Source of the DNA: Rhodosorus marinus CCMP1338
Lineage: Eukaryota; Plantae; Rhodophyta
Assembly: GCA_029953675.1 (NCBI GenBank)
Contig: JAMWBK010000008.1
Location: 1,632,001 to 1,880,000 of the forward strand
Length of the DNA: 248,000 bases
Direction of reading: 5' to 3'
Part shown: piece after piece, positions 120,901 to 134,055 of the stretch
How the letters are laid out: every line of letters begins with the position of its first letter
Position numbering within the stretch: the stretch's first letter is position 1
Made by a program: the position numbers and the translations under genes
Notes under the pieces: model-generated
What the model saw: only the letters and a program-made list of their open reading frames with translations
Database searches by the model: none
What the model was told of the DNA's origin: nothing

Positions 120901-121400
120901 ATGAACCAAAAGACTTCAACAAAAACCGGGACGCGAGTGACTTATCGTTCATGGAGACAACGATCTGCTGCTCAGTCAACCGCGGAAGCCGAATACCAAA
121001 GCACTGGGTGCTAACCCAAAGATGGATTCGAGAGTTTATAGAAGGTTTTTGGGGTAGTTCTTGGCTTAGTTGATCCATCGTTTTAATCGGAGGCTAAGAT
121101 CCCTGAATGAGGTACTCTAGGAAGGGCGTAGGGGGCGAGCCTCCAAAACTAGGGCAGCATTACAGCGCCAGAGGGTCAAACTTAAAGTAGCCAGTCGGGT
121201 GGGAGCATCAGGGCATTCCCGCAACCAAGCACCCCCAGCGCTATCTAAGAATCCAAAGATCTCTCTAACAAAATGGGACAAACCGATAAGCAGCGCAGAA
121301 TGCAAAGCCTCATCGTTGGAAAGCGCCTCCGGCGATGGATCAGTGCACGGATTCAAGCCACGGCTCGTAGAGGTTTTGCGCTGGAGCAAGGAATGGACTT
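117930..121400. mobile_element. Mixed degraded LTR-retrotransposon remnants (Copia RT start, gag-like, PBS) and CRE fragments
   Basis: EPMSVNEAM...WREAMDEEVKSL; PBS-like GATTATGAGCCCAG at ~120125(-). Confidence 0.55.
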
Positions 121401-124400
121401 TGAGCAAATCTTCCCCCCTACGGTGGATTTCTCCAGCGTGAGGTTAACTATTGACAATACTGGCGAGAAAATATGGAGCTGGTACAGATTGAATGTTACA
121501 CAACCGCGAACCCGGAACGCGGAGTTGCGTAGGGAGCTCTCAACGAGACCAAAGAAAAAATTGGAAAATCTGGATCTACGGAGAGGACGTATTTTATCTG
121601 TTCTGAAGGGTATTCTTGCAATATTATGGTAAATATCTGTACATAAAAGGAGTATTTTAGGCTCGACAGGCCTTAAATACAGCATAATAGAAGTAAAAAG
121701 TATAAAATTCTCGAACGGTTCCACAACATTCAAGTTCCCGGCCCTTGTTGAACTACTAAGCAAAGACGCAAAGGGCATAGTTTCCTTATTACAAGTACGA
121801 CGTCCTCTTTCGTGTGCGGTAAACCGTCGGTGCTGGTTGACCTCTTTACAGCTGGTGAACTAATGAACTCGGACCTTGGATCCTAGTTCAAGAAGGCCAT
121901 ATTTCAAACGCTGCACAGTACACACTCAAACAAAAATTGTGCATTGGACGGATATGCACTGTTGAACATAAGTGACCAGGCCGCCCCAATCTTGATTACA
122001 CGGAAAGCGCGATAAAAAAGTCTAGCGGGCAACCACATGAAGTACCCATCCTCTGCTCACTGCCACTTGCCTGAAAACGAACGTACTCCTCGGTAACGGC
122101 TTCCAGCAATGGGCGCGCAACCCTATATCTGTCCCATCGCCGCGCAGCTGCTCAGTGCTACGGGTTCTTTGCCGGGAGCCCACCCAGAGTCCAGATTCCC
122201 ATACCCCTTGGAATCTTCCTCCACATTGAGGGACGACGGGAGCGATCTTGTCCCATATTGAAAAGGGCTACTCAACTGAAAGCCCCAAATCGATTCATCG
122301 TAAGTGATTCTCAAACGACTGATCTCGCCGTCCCACGTTCATAGCAGGAGTATTTGGACAACAAAGAACTGTGTGTAAGCCCACACACCGACCTTCCACC
122401 ATTCTCGCACTCGCCCTCTGAGCTCTTCTATCAACCCCTCCATGAGCACGCTTTCACCACTACTGATTGCGTTCCCAAAAGACGACTAAAGCAACGACTA
122501 AGGAATAGCCAAAGATCCGGAAGCAAGAAAAAAGTTCCAGTGCCTTCTACTACTGCGACACCGAAGGCCACTCTCGTTGACAGCCCCCGTCCACGTCGGC
122601 AACTATGGACCAGCCGGCGGAACCCAGAACGTACAACTCCCATGACAAGATTGCTCGCCCTATTCCGTGAAAGATAAAAAACCCAGTCAACAAAAACAGA
122701 TATACAAAAAGACTGTGTAGGGGGCGGGGGAAGGGGTATAGTAGAGTATTGGTAGCCATGTCTCGGCTTCAAAATAATTACAAAAGAAGAAAACCAAATA
122801 GAATTGAGTCTTCCTTATCAAGTCTATCTATTTTCCTATCTCCCCAAAACATCAAAAAAATAATGAATATTATATGGCTCGATGGTGGGATCAAATTGCC
122901 CACCAAATTCTATCGAATCTTATCGTTGGTATCATCAACGACAGAGATCAGCTTTAATGGCCCCCCCAAAAAGACACATTGAGCATCGTGTTCGCTAGAG
123001 AAGATCCTGAAGCACATTCATACTTTTCCCATAAATTTTTTTTGATATAGTAATAAGGAGATTCTGGGAAGCGCATGAAAGAAAACGTCGTATTGGAGAT
123101 GACGGAGAATTAACCAGGGAAACTCGGAGGAGAAAAAAAGGGGCATGCTCCACATGATCGAGTTTTTTAATAATTTGGAGCCATATAATGATATTTGGTG
123201 TAGACATCCAAGGGGGGGGGGGGTGGGGTAGTGTTGTATTGAAGAACCCCTCTCAACACGACATGTGTTTAATGTAGTTAACCAATAATATTATATGACT
123301 TCTTTTTTTTCACTTCGTTTCTTCTTTTTTTTCCAGCTGCACAACTTAATTACTCTCCAAAAAAAAAAAAAAACCCGGTCTGAGACCCGCTGGCGAGCAT
123401 TTACGTTTCCGCACAGTACGTCTGCTGTCTGTCGGGACAAGGTCCCCCGCCGTTCCTTGTTTTTCATATATTGTTTTAGTCAAAGTTCTCTCTTAGACTG
123501 ATTAAGAAATTTTGAGGAAAAATCATACTGACTAGTTGGCGTTTTTTTGGTGTATTATAGAGAAAATTGCTTGCCGACGCATAATAAACGACTAACTAAA
123601 AATAATAGTAAATATTGCCATGGTTTTCTAACGGGTTAAGGATTCCAATTTTTCACTACAAAATGATGGCTTGAGTTTGAGAAAACAATGTCCAAAAGCG
123701 GGGAATTCCATTCTAGGGCCCATAAATATAAATATTTCTGGATGTCCAAAAAAAAAATCCTTTCCGATTTCTGTCCTTTTTTGGCCCCAAAGCTGAGAGT
123801 GACGAAGACTTTGAATCTCAATAAAAAAAGAAGAGGGGCCCTCTTCCGACCTCCTTTCCCATCGCATCCGATCCTTTCGGAAATCTTATGAAAACTGATA
123901 AATGCGCTTCCCTAACGAGGAATCTGAACGGTGAATTGTTTTTAATTGACAAGTACTCATGTTGTTGATAGGAGTGATGACGAAGGCTCGTCGTTCCAGA
124001 TTTCTATTGGTAGATTTCTCCAGCAAAAGGTGAATCTAAAGTATGTTCCCGCCACGTATATTTTTGAACAAAAAAAAGATGAAACTTTTTGCAATGTACA
124101 TTCCTGTTTTGGGGTCGAAAAAAAATGCGACTGAATACAAGTACGCAATAGTAAAAACCCCTGAACAACTACCGACGACGCAGCTTTGAGTACACCCCAT
124201 GCAGCCAAGGGTGGGCGCTCGTTTAAGATTGCTGAAGAATTAAGGAGTGTCTGTAAAACATGCGACCCAGGGGTTGTTTCTTAACAAAAGAAAGAAAAAA
124301 AAGAAGGTGACTATCCCCCCTCTTCCCTCCCCTCATTTCATCAACGTTGAACAGGATTTTCCAACCAAAGCTTCCCCCCTCCTCCAAAAACCCGTTACCC

Positions 124401-125111
124401 CCCAAAAAACAAGAAAAAACCTCCCCTCTTGAAACGTTTTGGGGCTTTTCGTTCTATGGGCAAAATCACCTTACCCCCCTCCCGGCGTTGCTAGATAGCA
124501 ATCTTTTTGGTTGTCCTTCCACATTCCGCCACGAAAAAGCCTCTACATTTGTTTTTCCCTTGCGCGAAAATATCACTTGCGTCTTTACCCTCGTCGACAA
124601 CATAGAAAAGTGGAATCCCCGTCAAGCCGAAAAAGGCTTCAAAATATCATAATTAAAGATGGAGTTCTCCTAATCAAGAACAAGATACCTATATTCTAAG
124701 AATTTGACTGCCGAGGAAGAATTTATTTGTTTAGACTAGAGTAGTTGTCCAGTGAATATCCCGAAAATTTTAAAAGTGACTGAATACATGTTTTTATTTT
124801 ATTATACAGTTTTCTGTGGGCAAGCGTCAGCCAGGCGGCTTAAGCAGAAAACTCATTGAGCGATGTGCACTCTGTGTTCGCAGACACCGCTTTTGAAAGG
124901 AGTGCTTCAAGAGTTGGGAGGGAAGTGAAGGGAAGAGCAGGGGCGGAGGGGGAGACTGTAGGGGATGAAACAGCGAGGTTTTGGAAAGGCGGAAAAAGCC
125001 GAATCGTTTCGAACCGCTACAGGGCGGCTTCTGTTTTGGAGGTTGAGGTAAGGGGCGAGTGCCGCTCGGGGTCGTGAGGGAAGGGTTGGGGGTGAGAGGG
125101 GAGGACCAGAA

Positions 125112-127376
125112 TTGGGATTGAAAGTTTGTAGTTGGTTTGGTCTTGTAATTTTCTTCGTCAAGATGGCGGTGGATTTGTACATGGATCCCACCACGGTCAA
125201 CGTGCTGACCGACCTAATCCTTTTGGTTTTGCAAGTCGCTTGGGTGAAGCTCATGGCATGGCTGACCGCGCTTGACTTGAAGCGGAACCTGAGAAAGGGA
125301 AATCGCCTGTTTTCTTACGAGCACTGGGGTACTGGGGCATACTTGTACTTTGGAATTCGAAAATACAGGAAGCTTTCAAAGAAAAGCGCGTTGACTGCGG
125401 AGGAGCGGCGCCACTTCATGTTCCACTCGTGTATTGCCTTCAGCACAGTTATTTTCACACTGGCCTTGATTTTCCTGCACATACTCATTGATTATGGTCT
125501 GGACTTTAGGCAGATACCGCAGCGTACTGGGACGAGCGCTGCCTACGATATGGTTGGATTCTCCCCTAATTCCGAGTATATCACGCTGCTGAACCAGTAC
125601 CAAAACCTGGGCGAGGATCTTGCCAGCTGTGTGAACGAGGGAAAGAGTCCAGAGGATTGCCGAGACAGCGTAGAAGAGGTCTCAGAGTTTGTCAGAGAGA
125701 AGCTGCGCGAGGGAAGCAGCTTCGTCAAGCAACTGTATGAGGCATCTAGCTTAACCCAAGTGGATGTGATCGAAGAAATGGAAATTTCGTATCAGTGTGC
125801 TGATAGCAATGCGATCAATGAAAAGTTGAATTGCAAGGTTGTCGAGGAAACGACGGACTTTTTCAACGGAGAGTTTCGATACACGCCGGAGAATGCGATC
125901 CACCGCAAGAAGCAACTGAGAATGTTGAAGCTTGACATGCGTGCGAAGCAAGTGGTCGCTGAGAGGGCCCTGGTTCGGAAAGGTGCCCACACTGAGGAAC
126001 TTTTGAATAGGCTCCGTGGCGTGGACAAGGACCTTAGCTACGTGTCCTTTGAAAATTTCAAGGATGAGAGACAGACGGCAACAAAGATCACCGTCGAGAA
126101 AGCTCAGGTTGATTCGTTCGCCAAGGTGGAAGCCAAGTATAGGCTAGCCAGAGTGACCACCGACTCTGGGGTCGTCTACAACGGAAACAAGCAGGGTGTC
126201 AAGTTTAGGCAATTGACTCGGAGCAAATTCGGTCGGAAAGCCGATGAGGACTTTACTTTCAAAACGGTGGTGCAGACGAACGTGGCATGGGACGTGAAAT
126301 CTGGCGTTCACTGCGTTAGTCCTCATTTCCGTTCCAGACGTGATGGCGAGAAGTTCCAGCTGGAAATTTCCTACCAGGGCCAGGAGTGTGGGAAGTACCC
126401 CATTACGGGGAACTTCGACTGGTGTTACGCTGAGGATCTCGCCTACGAAAAGTCCGCAAACGAGGAGGACAAGCCAGAGGAGATCAGATTTGGACGGCAG
126501 AGGGCATTTGGAGTCATTGTGTTGACCGTCGGCGACGAGTGCTACGACGAAGTATACTCAGCCTATCGGCCGTTCATGAACGATGATATCCCGGCTGATC
126601 AGAGGACCTTCACACTCGGCATGAGCTTTGAGGTGCTGTGCACTCCGGAACAAGGTGGCCGAACAATGACCTGTGCCTATGGCAGCACAAGACTTTACTA
126701 CGACGGAGAGAATTTTCTCAACGAGGAACCGCCGGAGGTATCGGAGGAAGACCAGGCTAATGGTATTCGCGAGTTGGATCCAATTAAGGCCAAGGCTGAA
126801 ATATCGTTCCACATGGCTGAGATTGACGGTGGTGATCCGAGCGTCAACCGAGAAGTCATTGCAAACGCGAAGGCCGTGATAAATGAGCAGTATACGGAGC
126901 TCCGTGAGTTCACTGATTTCAGGGTGATGAGAGGGCGTTTGTTTGGGTCCCTGGGACATTTTGCGTTCCGGGATACGATCGCCGCGTATTCCTCTCAGAT
127001 TGCTGCAGTTCAACGTACTGTTGGAACATACGAGCTAGTGAACATTGCGGTGCTTCTTGACGAGTACATCGGAGGTTTCCTGGCGGTAGTGTGCATTACG
127101 GGGGTGGCGCTGTTGCTAGTAATTTACCGGTACTTTGCGGAGAGGTATAAATACAGATACCTCAACTTCCACGTGAAGGTACCGTTGACTATAACGGAGT
127201 GGATTCACACCGCTCTCAACGATGACGACAAATTTACGACGGGATCTGGAGATTTGAATCAGAAGTTGGAGTACACTGGTAACCCAGACACGCTCCGATC
127301 TCACAGGGGTGGGAGCATTGTAGGCTTTTTCAATACGCCGGAGGCGTTGGACAAAACCAAGCATGTTGATGAATAG
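125112..127376 (+). CDS. Uncharacterised membrane protein: two N-terminal TMs, ~500-aa Cys-containing ectodomain, one C-terminal TM
   Basis: Single long ORF; hydrophobic segments; paralog at 130568. Confidence 0.75.
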   Translation: MGLKVCSWFGLVIFFVKMAVDLYMDPTTVNVLTDLILLVLQVAWVKLMAWLTALDLKRNLRKGNRLFSYEHWGTGAYLYFGIRKYRKLSKKSALTAEERRHFMFHSCIAFSTVIFTLALIFLHILIDYGLDFRQIPQRTGTSAAYDMVGFSPNSEYITLLNQYQNLGEDLASCVNEGKSPEDCRDSVEEVSEFVREKLREGSSFVKQLYEASSLTQVDVIEEMEISYQCADSNAINEKLNCKVVEETTDFFNGEFRYTPENAIHRKKQLRMLKLDMRAKQVVAERALVRKGAHTEELLNRLRGVDKDLSYVSFENFKDERQTATKITVEKAQVDSFAKVEAKYRLARVTTDSGVVYNGNKQGVKFRQLTRSKFGRKADEDFTFKTVVQTNVAWDVKSGVHCVSPHFRSRRDGEKFQLEISYQGQECGKYPITGNFDWCYAEDLAYEKSANEEDKPEEIRFGRQRAFGVIVLTVGDECYDEVYSAYRPFMNDDIPADQRTFTLGMSFEVLCTPEQGGRTMTCAYGSTRLYYDGENFLNEEPPEVSEEDQANGIRELDPIKAKAEISFHMAEIDGGDPSVNREVIANAKAVINEQYTELREFTDFRVMRGRLFGSLGHFAFRDTIAAYSSQIAAVQRTVGTYELVNIAVLLDEYIGGFLAVVCITGVALLLVIYRYFAERYKYRYLNFHVKVPLTITEWIHTALNDDDKFTTGSGDLNQKLEYTGNPDTLRSHRGGSIVGFFNTPEALDKTKHVDE

Positions 127377-130300
127377 GCCACGCCGTTGGAAATTTTTTTA
127401 TACTAGAGTTGTTTGGCAACAGTTTGAACTCGTACGAGTCTCCGAGTTTTCGATATATTCCTTAAAACGTTTTTAATAGACGGAACTCGTAACTCAACTT
127501 AAGGTCCGACTGAACGCCACGTGCATCAAGAAACCTCGCCCAACAAATACGTACGTCGGGCTTGTCGTCCGCTTCCCAGATCGTGACCATTCAGGTGAAA
127601 CGGAGAGCGGTCAAAAGTAAAGGGCTGTAGAATTGACAATAGCTCCCTGGCATTTCTCCGGCGGTCCCGGTTGTGCAGCAGAGCTTTATGTCAAGTAAAC
127701 GAGTGTCCACCTGGTCATCTGAAACACCCCAAATCCATGCTGTGCAGATTTTTTATGAGATTGCTCGATGTGGCTAGGAGACGCCCGCGAATGCCTTGGA
127801 GCACGCTCGCATCTGGCGGGGCCCGCTTGCTCAATCTGAACTATGGTGCTCAACGACGAGCTGAAGTTCATTCACCTGGGGAGGGACTCAGCTAGCTGCG
127901 TTGATGGATGCGATGTCCCTTTCGTCAAATGCGGCAGCCCGCATGACTCCCAGGATTACAACGGGAGCTGCGTTTGTCTCTGACAGACATTGGGTACTAA
128001 AACCCGGCGACCGTAAATTGTGTGTTTTTGGATCGGATCTGTCGCAGCTTCTTTAGGATCAGTTTCCGGATGCTGAGCACGCGTTGACATCGGTAAGCAA
128101 GGACGCCTTCCCCTCGATATCACCACTCCGGTTTTACGTTGTGATGATCTTCTTCAAACTGCGTTATTGGAATACCCCATCAAAACGAGTTCTTTTTGCC
128201 ATGTACAAGAGGACTTGTGCTGTGTCGCTCGTATCAGAGCCAGTCTCCGGGCGCCCCGGTCTCGGCTCCCTCGATGAGGTCAATTTTTGCCCCATTTTGA
128301 CATGGACTTGCTTGAGGAGTGGAAGTCAAAAACACACGCAGTTCTGTAGTCACCCCACTTCAAGGAGTAGAAGGCGCTCATCAACTGCACCGTCATCCTG
128401 TTCAGACTCTGTGCGGGAGAGAGGGAATTGACTCTCTCACCGTCTTCCCCTTCCCACACTGACAATCGACATCCACCCGGATCGTCTCTATCTTCTTCCA
128501 TCAATCAATTCATAGACTCCTCAGTCAAATAAATTGAACATCATTTAGAACAGGTTGACCAAATATAGATATTGAAATTATACATCAAAAAGAAGCAAAA
128601 AACACACAAAAAAAACTAGAAACTGTTCTCTCGTCAGCGCCAACGAAGGAGCCCCACAGGAAGAGACGCGAGAATTGAGGACATCCCAAAACGTCCATTG
128701 CTGGGCACCACCCCCCCTCCCTTCCACAACAGAACGGGATGTGTAGTATGGAGATATCTTCAACGAACAGGATGCGTCAAGACCAAATAATCCCTGTAAT
128801 GTTTTCCAAAAAAACATTTTGCTTTAATAAATGCAAAAACGGAAGAAAAAAGCAAGGATTCGATGGGAGGGGATGAAGGATGAAGCTATCGGTTCCTCAT
128901 GAAGATTATATTGTATGATGGAATATATTTGCTATGTTTAGACCTTGATTGCTACAAGGTAAGGGGGGGAAGGGAGATAGTTTTGGAGAGAAAAATTTCT
129001 GTTGGCGATGATTATGTTCTCTCGAAAAGCAAATAAATATAGTAGCATTTCTCGTAGGTCTTATCACTGAGGGTCGTCACTCGGGTTTCCTCTAATGAAA
129101 TTTAATTATTTGCAATCCGATGAAAACAATCAGTGAGTGATTGTTGATGTCTCTCTTTCTTCTGAAATGGGGTTGGCTGCACTCTGGAATTCACCGCCCT
129201 TCTTACAGCGTCGGGATACCCTGCAAAATCGTTTTTAAGAAATTATTTTCCATTCTAGATGAAAACCCCCACCCCTCGGTAGACCACAAGCTCACCCCAT
129301 CGGGCTAACCTCGAATTCTTGCCTAGCAACCAAAAAAAAACCAGCTATGTCAAAAGTCAAAAGAACTCAAATCGAGGAGAAGGTAAACACAAAAGGACCC
129401 TTTTCTAAGGAAAAACATTATGTAGTGGTCATGAGAACTGAGAATGACTTACCCTTCTCCGTTTAGACTTTGTATCTTCGTCGATTTTCACATCTAAAAG
129501 TTCAGGAAAGCGTTTTTGGGAGATGGAACGCAAAGGCATGGTCCGTGTAAATTTTTAGGTTAAAACAAATACCCTTTGGTAGGCAAAGCGGGACATAGGG
129601 TAGATAGGTTTTTACTACTATTTTTAACATATACGTACATTCCTCTACTCGGCGGGGGGGGGGGTGCAGGAGCTTACACAATCCCAACCATGCCAAAATG
129701 TCATGTTTTTTTGGGCGCGTTTTCTCACACAAGCGATTAGTTGTGAAAGAGGAAAAATCTTTGGATTCTATAAAAACTTAATAAAAACCCAAAAGTAAAA
129801 AAAAATCCATGTTCTGGATGATCGATCGTCTTTTTAGGAGAAAAAAAAAAAGTTTCTTTTTAGAGAGAGAGGTGCACACAGCGGGCAATTGAATGTGAGG
129901 CATAGAAAAACCTCTCCAAAATGAGGAGAAAAAGAAAGAAATCTAACACCCCAAAATCGAGTCTATACGTACCTGAAGTTTCCACAGCGGAAAGACCAGA
130001 AAATTTATAAAATACAATTTGACAACGGACCCAGCCTCTATTTCTTAGGATAACGAATTGGGCGGAGTTTGGAAAGGGGGTGGGGTTTTAAATAGGGGCC
130101 GGGGGTGGTGTAAGGTAGATTGGTAGTTTCTTTTTTTGGATGTTTTTGTTGCACTAAAAAGATGATGGGACGCTGACGATTTGGGGGTCTCCAAATTGTT
130201 GTTAATGGTGTAATTTTTCACTCGTTACGGGGGGTTGGGTTTTTGGGTATGTGGTGTTTTGAGCGGGTCTCGGCTGTCTTGCAAAGACGGGTGACAAAGG

Positions 130301-130567
130301 AATGGTACGGGGAGGGATGTGGGCGAGGGTGTTAAGATAGTGAACTCCTAGATGAGATGGGAAGTGGTGGACTGGTGAGAGGATCTGGTAAAGGTGGGGA
130401 CGGTTTGAGAAGTTGTGAAGGGAAGGTGGTTTTGTAGACCAAAGGTTGGTGAGCCGGCGAACGGCTGAGTGGTGTCGTTCAGGTTTTTTGCTCGGATGAG
130501 TGGGTGTTGAGGGTTTGCGAGCTGACTTGAGGGCAAACAGGCTCAGAGTCTGTGGATTGGAACCGAA

Positions 130568-132769
130568 ATGGCGATTAGGGTAGCGGCGAGTCCCACTATT
130601 GTAAACGTTATCACCGATGCGGTGTTAATTGTTTTGAACTTGTTGTGGTTGAAGTTTATGTCCGTTCTGACCGCTTTGGATCTGAAGAGGGATCTGAGAA
130701 ACGGGGAACGGTTGTTTTCTTATGAGCACCTGGGCACTTTTCACAATCTGCACTACGGTGTGAGTAAGCATAGATATTTGACGAGGGAGAAGATGATGGA
130801 TGATAAGCTGCGTCGACACTTCCGATTGCACACTTTGAAATCAGTGTTCTTGCTTATCGTCGCGATCATGCTTGTTCTCCTCCACATTCTTATTGATTAC
130901 GGACTTGGTTTCGATACGGAGCCGACAGTTTCCAACGAAACAGATATTTACGAAATGATGGGTCTCCAAGCAAACAGCAAGGTCTTCACAAATTTTGAGG
131001 CCTATCGTAGGATGGTTGTCGAAGAGGACTTTTGCGATCATCCTGATGCTCCGTCTACCTGTAATCATGATCAAGTTACAACGCTCATTGCGCGTTTGTG
131101 GGAGCTAAACAGAGAGACGACAGGGTTCGCAAGGACCTTGTACAATTCGCCGTCTATGAGCGACGCTGACTTCCTCGACTACATGGAGGCCGACTATGTG
131201 TCCTTGAGGAAAGATGGGCAGTCTCCAGCGGCCAACGCTTGCCTCATTAGAGACGTAACAGCGCTGGAAAAGTTTGAAGGGAATTTTGCATTCACCGAGG
131301 AGGACTGCCAGATCGATGAGTCGTATGTAACAATGGTCCGGGTTGATGGTCGGGGAAAACCTGTAGTCAACGTAAGATTGTTAGCGCCGAATGCCAAAAT
131401 GCAAGCAATGTATGAGTCTGTTGGCGTGGAGGATGTACTCAGCCAAGTTGCGTACGCTAGTGGCAAGGACGAGAGGCAAGGGGAAACGACCATGTCGATT
131501 AGGAACGTAGATGCGCCCGGAAAGAACCCGAATAATCTTAGCACGATGGCCGTGGAGTTCGACAGTAAGCTTAGTTACGTAGACGGCCAGAAACAGACCT
131601 TCAGCACTGTGCAGTTGACCAGGCGGGGCGAAGGCGTCTTCGCGGATCCAGATTTTGGTTTGCTTATGGAGACGAAAATAGATACCCCTATCCTCGATCG
131701 AGATCCGTGTCTCGCGCTGAACGATGCTCAAGGACGTGGAAGGCTAAATTTGCAACTAAGGGTAACCCACCAAGGGGAATTCTGCGGAGAGTTCCTTCCT
131801 ACGTTTGCTACCCGGACCTGCTCTTCGTACCCCCTGGCAGCTTACGACGAAGTACCAAACGATGGCATAGTTGGCATACAGGTTGCCGGTGTTGTGATAC
131901 TGGTTGACAAGACCAGCAAGTGTGGTAAAGCGGCGTACGAAAAGTACGGAAGCCAAATGGACGAAGATGTTGATGAAGACAGGAATCAATTGTTCTTGAG
132001 TGTGGTCTTGGACATTGCCTGCGTTAGGATAACGGAGCCTGATGCTGAGACCGTTCAGCACAGTTGCGTGTATGGAGCGGATAGTGTGCAGTTCCAAGAC
132101 GGCGAGTGGAAGGCGTTTGAAGACACTACTGGGGATTTAGAGGGTATTGTTCCCATTCCTTTGAGAACCGAGCTCAGCTGGGTGGGTGGATCTGTAAACG
132201 GGGGCTCGTCTACAGAGGTCGCCGCCGTGTTTACGGAGATGAAGAGGAACTTGAATACTTTCTACCCGGAACTCCATTCACAGACAACCTTCAACATGAT
132301 GCGTGGCAAAATTTTCGGTTTGAAAATGCATGAGAGCATGCTCGCAGTGATGGCTACGTTTTCCAGCCAGCTCACCGCAGTGAATCGGGAAATGGGCCTC
132401 ACAGGACAAGAATCTGTGGCCGTGCTGGAGGGACCGTACCTGGGTGGTGTGCTGGCGGTACTGATTATCAGTGGAGTTGCATGCCTGGTTGTTTGTCTCC
132501 GGTATCTGCAAGAATGGTACGAATACCGGAAGCTGGGTGTCCGGGTCAACGTCCCGCTCTCCATAACGGAGTGGGTCGAGGCGGCGCTTACACGAGAGGA
132601 CCTCGAAGATCAAACGCCAGGGGCGGAAGCCGGGGGAACGAAGAAGGACATTGATGGGGTTTACGAGTTGACGGCTAAACGGGTGGATGATCCTACCCAG
132701 CAGGAGTCGCGAAGCTACGTTGCTTTCTCGGAGAACACTCAGCCTTTGGAGAAAAGTGAAAGCAACTAA
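130568..132769 (+). CDS. Paralog of 125112-127376
   Basis: Shared LTALDLKR.LR.G.RLFSYEH, LHILIDYGL and VPL(S/T)ITEW motifs. Confidence 0.8.
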   Translation: MAIRVAASPTIVNVITDAVLIVLNLLWLKFMSVLTALDLKRDLRNGERLFSYEHLGTFHNLHYGVSKHRYLTREKMMDDKLRRHFRLHTLKSVFLLIVAIMLVLLHILIDYGLGFDTEPTVSNETDIYEMMGLQANSKVFTNFEAYRRMVVEEDFCDHPDAPSTCNHDQVTTLIARLWELNRETTGFARTLYNSPSMSDADFLDYMEADYVSLRKDGQSPAANACLIRDVTALEKFEGNFAFTEEDCQIDESYVTMVRVDGRGKPVVNVRLLAPNAKMQAMYESVGVEDVLSQVAYASGKDERQGETTMSIRNVDAPGKNPNNLSTMAVEFDSKLSYVDGQKQTFSTVQLTRRGEGVFADPDFGLLMETKIDTPILDRDPCLALNDAQGRGRLNLQLRVTHQGEFCGEFLPTFATRTCSSYPLAAYDEVPNDGIVGIQVAGVVILVDKTSKCGKAAYEKYGSQMDEDVDEDRNQLFLSVVLDIACVRITEPDAETVQHSCVYGADSVQFQDGEWKAFEDTTGDLEGIVPIPLRTELSWVGGSVNGGSSTEVAAVFTEMKRNLNTFYPELHSQTTFNMMRGKIFGLKMHESMLAVMATFSSQLTAVNREMGLTGQESVAVLEGPYLGGVLAVLIISGVACLVVCLRYLQEWYEYRKLGVRVNVPLSITEWVEAALTREDLEDQTPGAEAGGTKKDIDGVYELTAKRVDDPTQQESRSYVAFSENTQPLEKSESN

Positions 132770-133431
132770 AGTTCTCATCTAGAGTAGTTGCGAGGTGCGG
132801 TGTCTCTTCATCGCGTGTGGAGAGGGGAAGCGTTGATTTTGGCACTGCCTGCGTTGTACATTGTCTGTAGAGCTAGGAAGAGCGGTAGAGCGCAAGCAGA
132901 CTCCCGGTGTTCCGTAGTTTTATTAATATTTTTGTATACGGAAGTAAACTTTAAAAATTAGGAAGAGGTGTGGTCGGGTCGAGCGGTTCCGATGCCGAAA
133001 TCCAAGCCAAGGTGCTTTCTGCAACCCTGACCTCTGTCTTTAGAGTTTTGCCGGGAAACGAATCGCCGTCCTGAAACGTTTTCACAAAGGCCGTGTTCGA
133101 CGCCCTTCGCTGTCTCAAAAACAGCTTCCACCGGGGTTTGGATTCGACCCCTGCCGTATTCCCAAAGCAGTTTCTCTGGGACTCGCTCGCGGGTTCGATT
133201 CGTGGAGGAAAAGTGCGACTGCCTTGCGAGTTGTAGGAGGTTTTGAGCAAGGGTGATGGTCCTACTTCAGCATGGGCACTTTCTTACGAAGCTTGAGGCT
133301 GGTGGACTGTGGAGAAGCAACGCCAGTGATTATGATAAAGGTCTTTTCAAAACCTTTGCTTTTAGTTTTTTGATACAAAGCGCCAGAGCTGACTTACTAC
133401 AACTACGCTTTCAGAGGGAAAGCAACCCACC

Positions 133432-134055
133432 CTAGTTAATTGGAATGGACGTGCTCGGAGCCTCCGAAGGGACGCTCTTGGGGATGGTGATCGTCAGAAT
133501 TCCATCCTTGACGTTGGCAGATATTGCTTCCCTCTGTACACTCTTCGGAAGCGGGAACTGCCGTTTAAATTGTTTTGCCGTCGTCCAACCTACAGATTGC
133601 TCAGCCTTTGGTTTCTCTTCCTCCATGTAGGGGGTGGCCTCTGTCGGCTCAGCCGCAGCCTCAGTCTCCTTGACCTGCGCGGTGCTCTTCTGCATCTTCC
133701 CAGAGGCTACCAGAAAATCGCCAACGATCTCAACGTTGATGTCTTCTTTCGCAAACCCAGGCACTTCCAGTCTAACCACGTACTCTGTATCCTTGTTTAT
133801 GAACTCCCCTCTCGGGGCAGTCCGAAAGCTCCCATCCGAGTACCCGCTCGATGCCATCTCCTGAAACAGCGGGTTCAGGATCTCGTTGAAGAGGGGACTG
133901 GTCCAGAACGCATTGTTCATACGCATGGGGCTCACTCGCATGGGTCTCATCATGCCTCGTCGATAACTAGGACCACATCGACAAGTCGTGTTCACCCTAG
134001 TCACCACGGGACTCCCGACTCCCGCTACACTACCAACAAATCCAACAGAGTTCAT
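133432..134055 (-). CDS. HSP20: Small heat-shock protein with a probable plastid transit peptide
   Basis: LEVPG..KEDINVE; F.RQF.LP..V....I.A...DGILTITIPK. Confidence 0.9.
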   Translation of the reverse strand: MNSVGFVGSVAGVGSPVVTRVNTTCRCGPSYRRGMMRPMRVSPMRMNNAFWTSPLFNEILNPLFQEMASSGYSDGSFRTAPRGEFINKDTEYVVRLEVPGFAKEDINVEIVGDFLVASGKMQKSTAQVKETEAAAEPTEATPYMEEEKPKAEQSVGWTTAKQFKRQFPLPKSVQREAISANVKDGILTITIPKSVPSEAPSTSIPIN

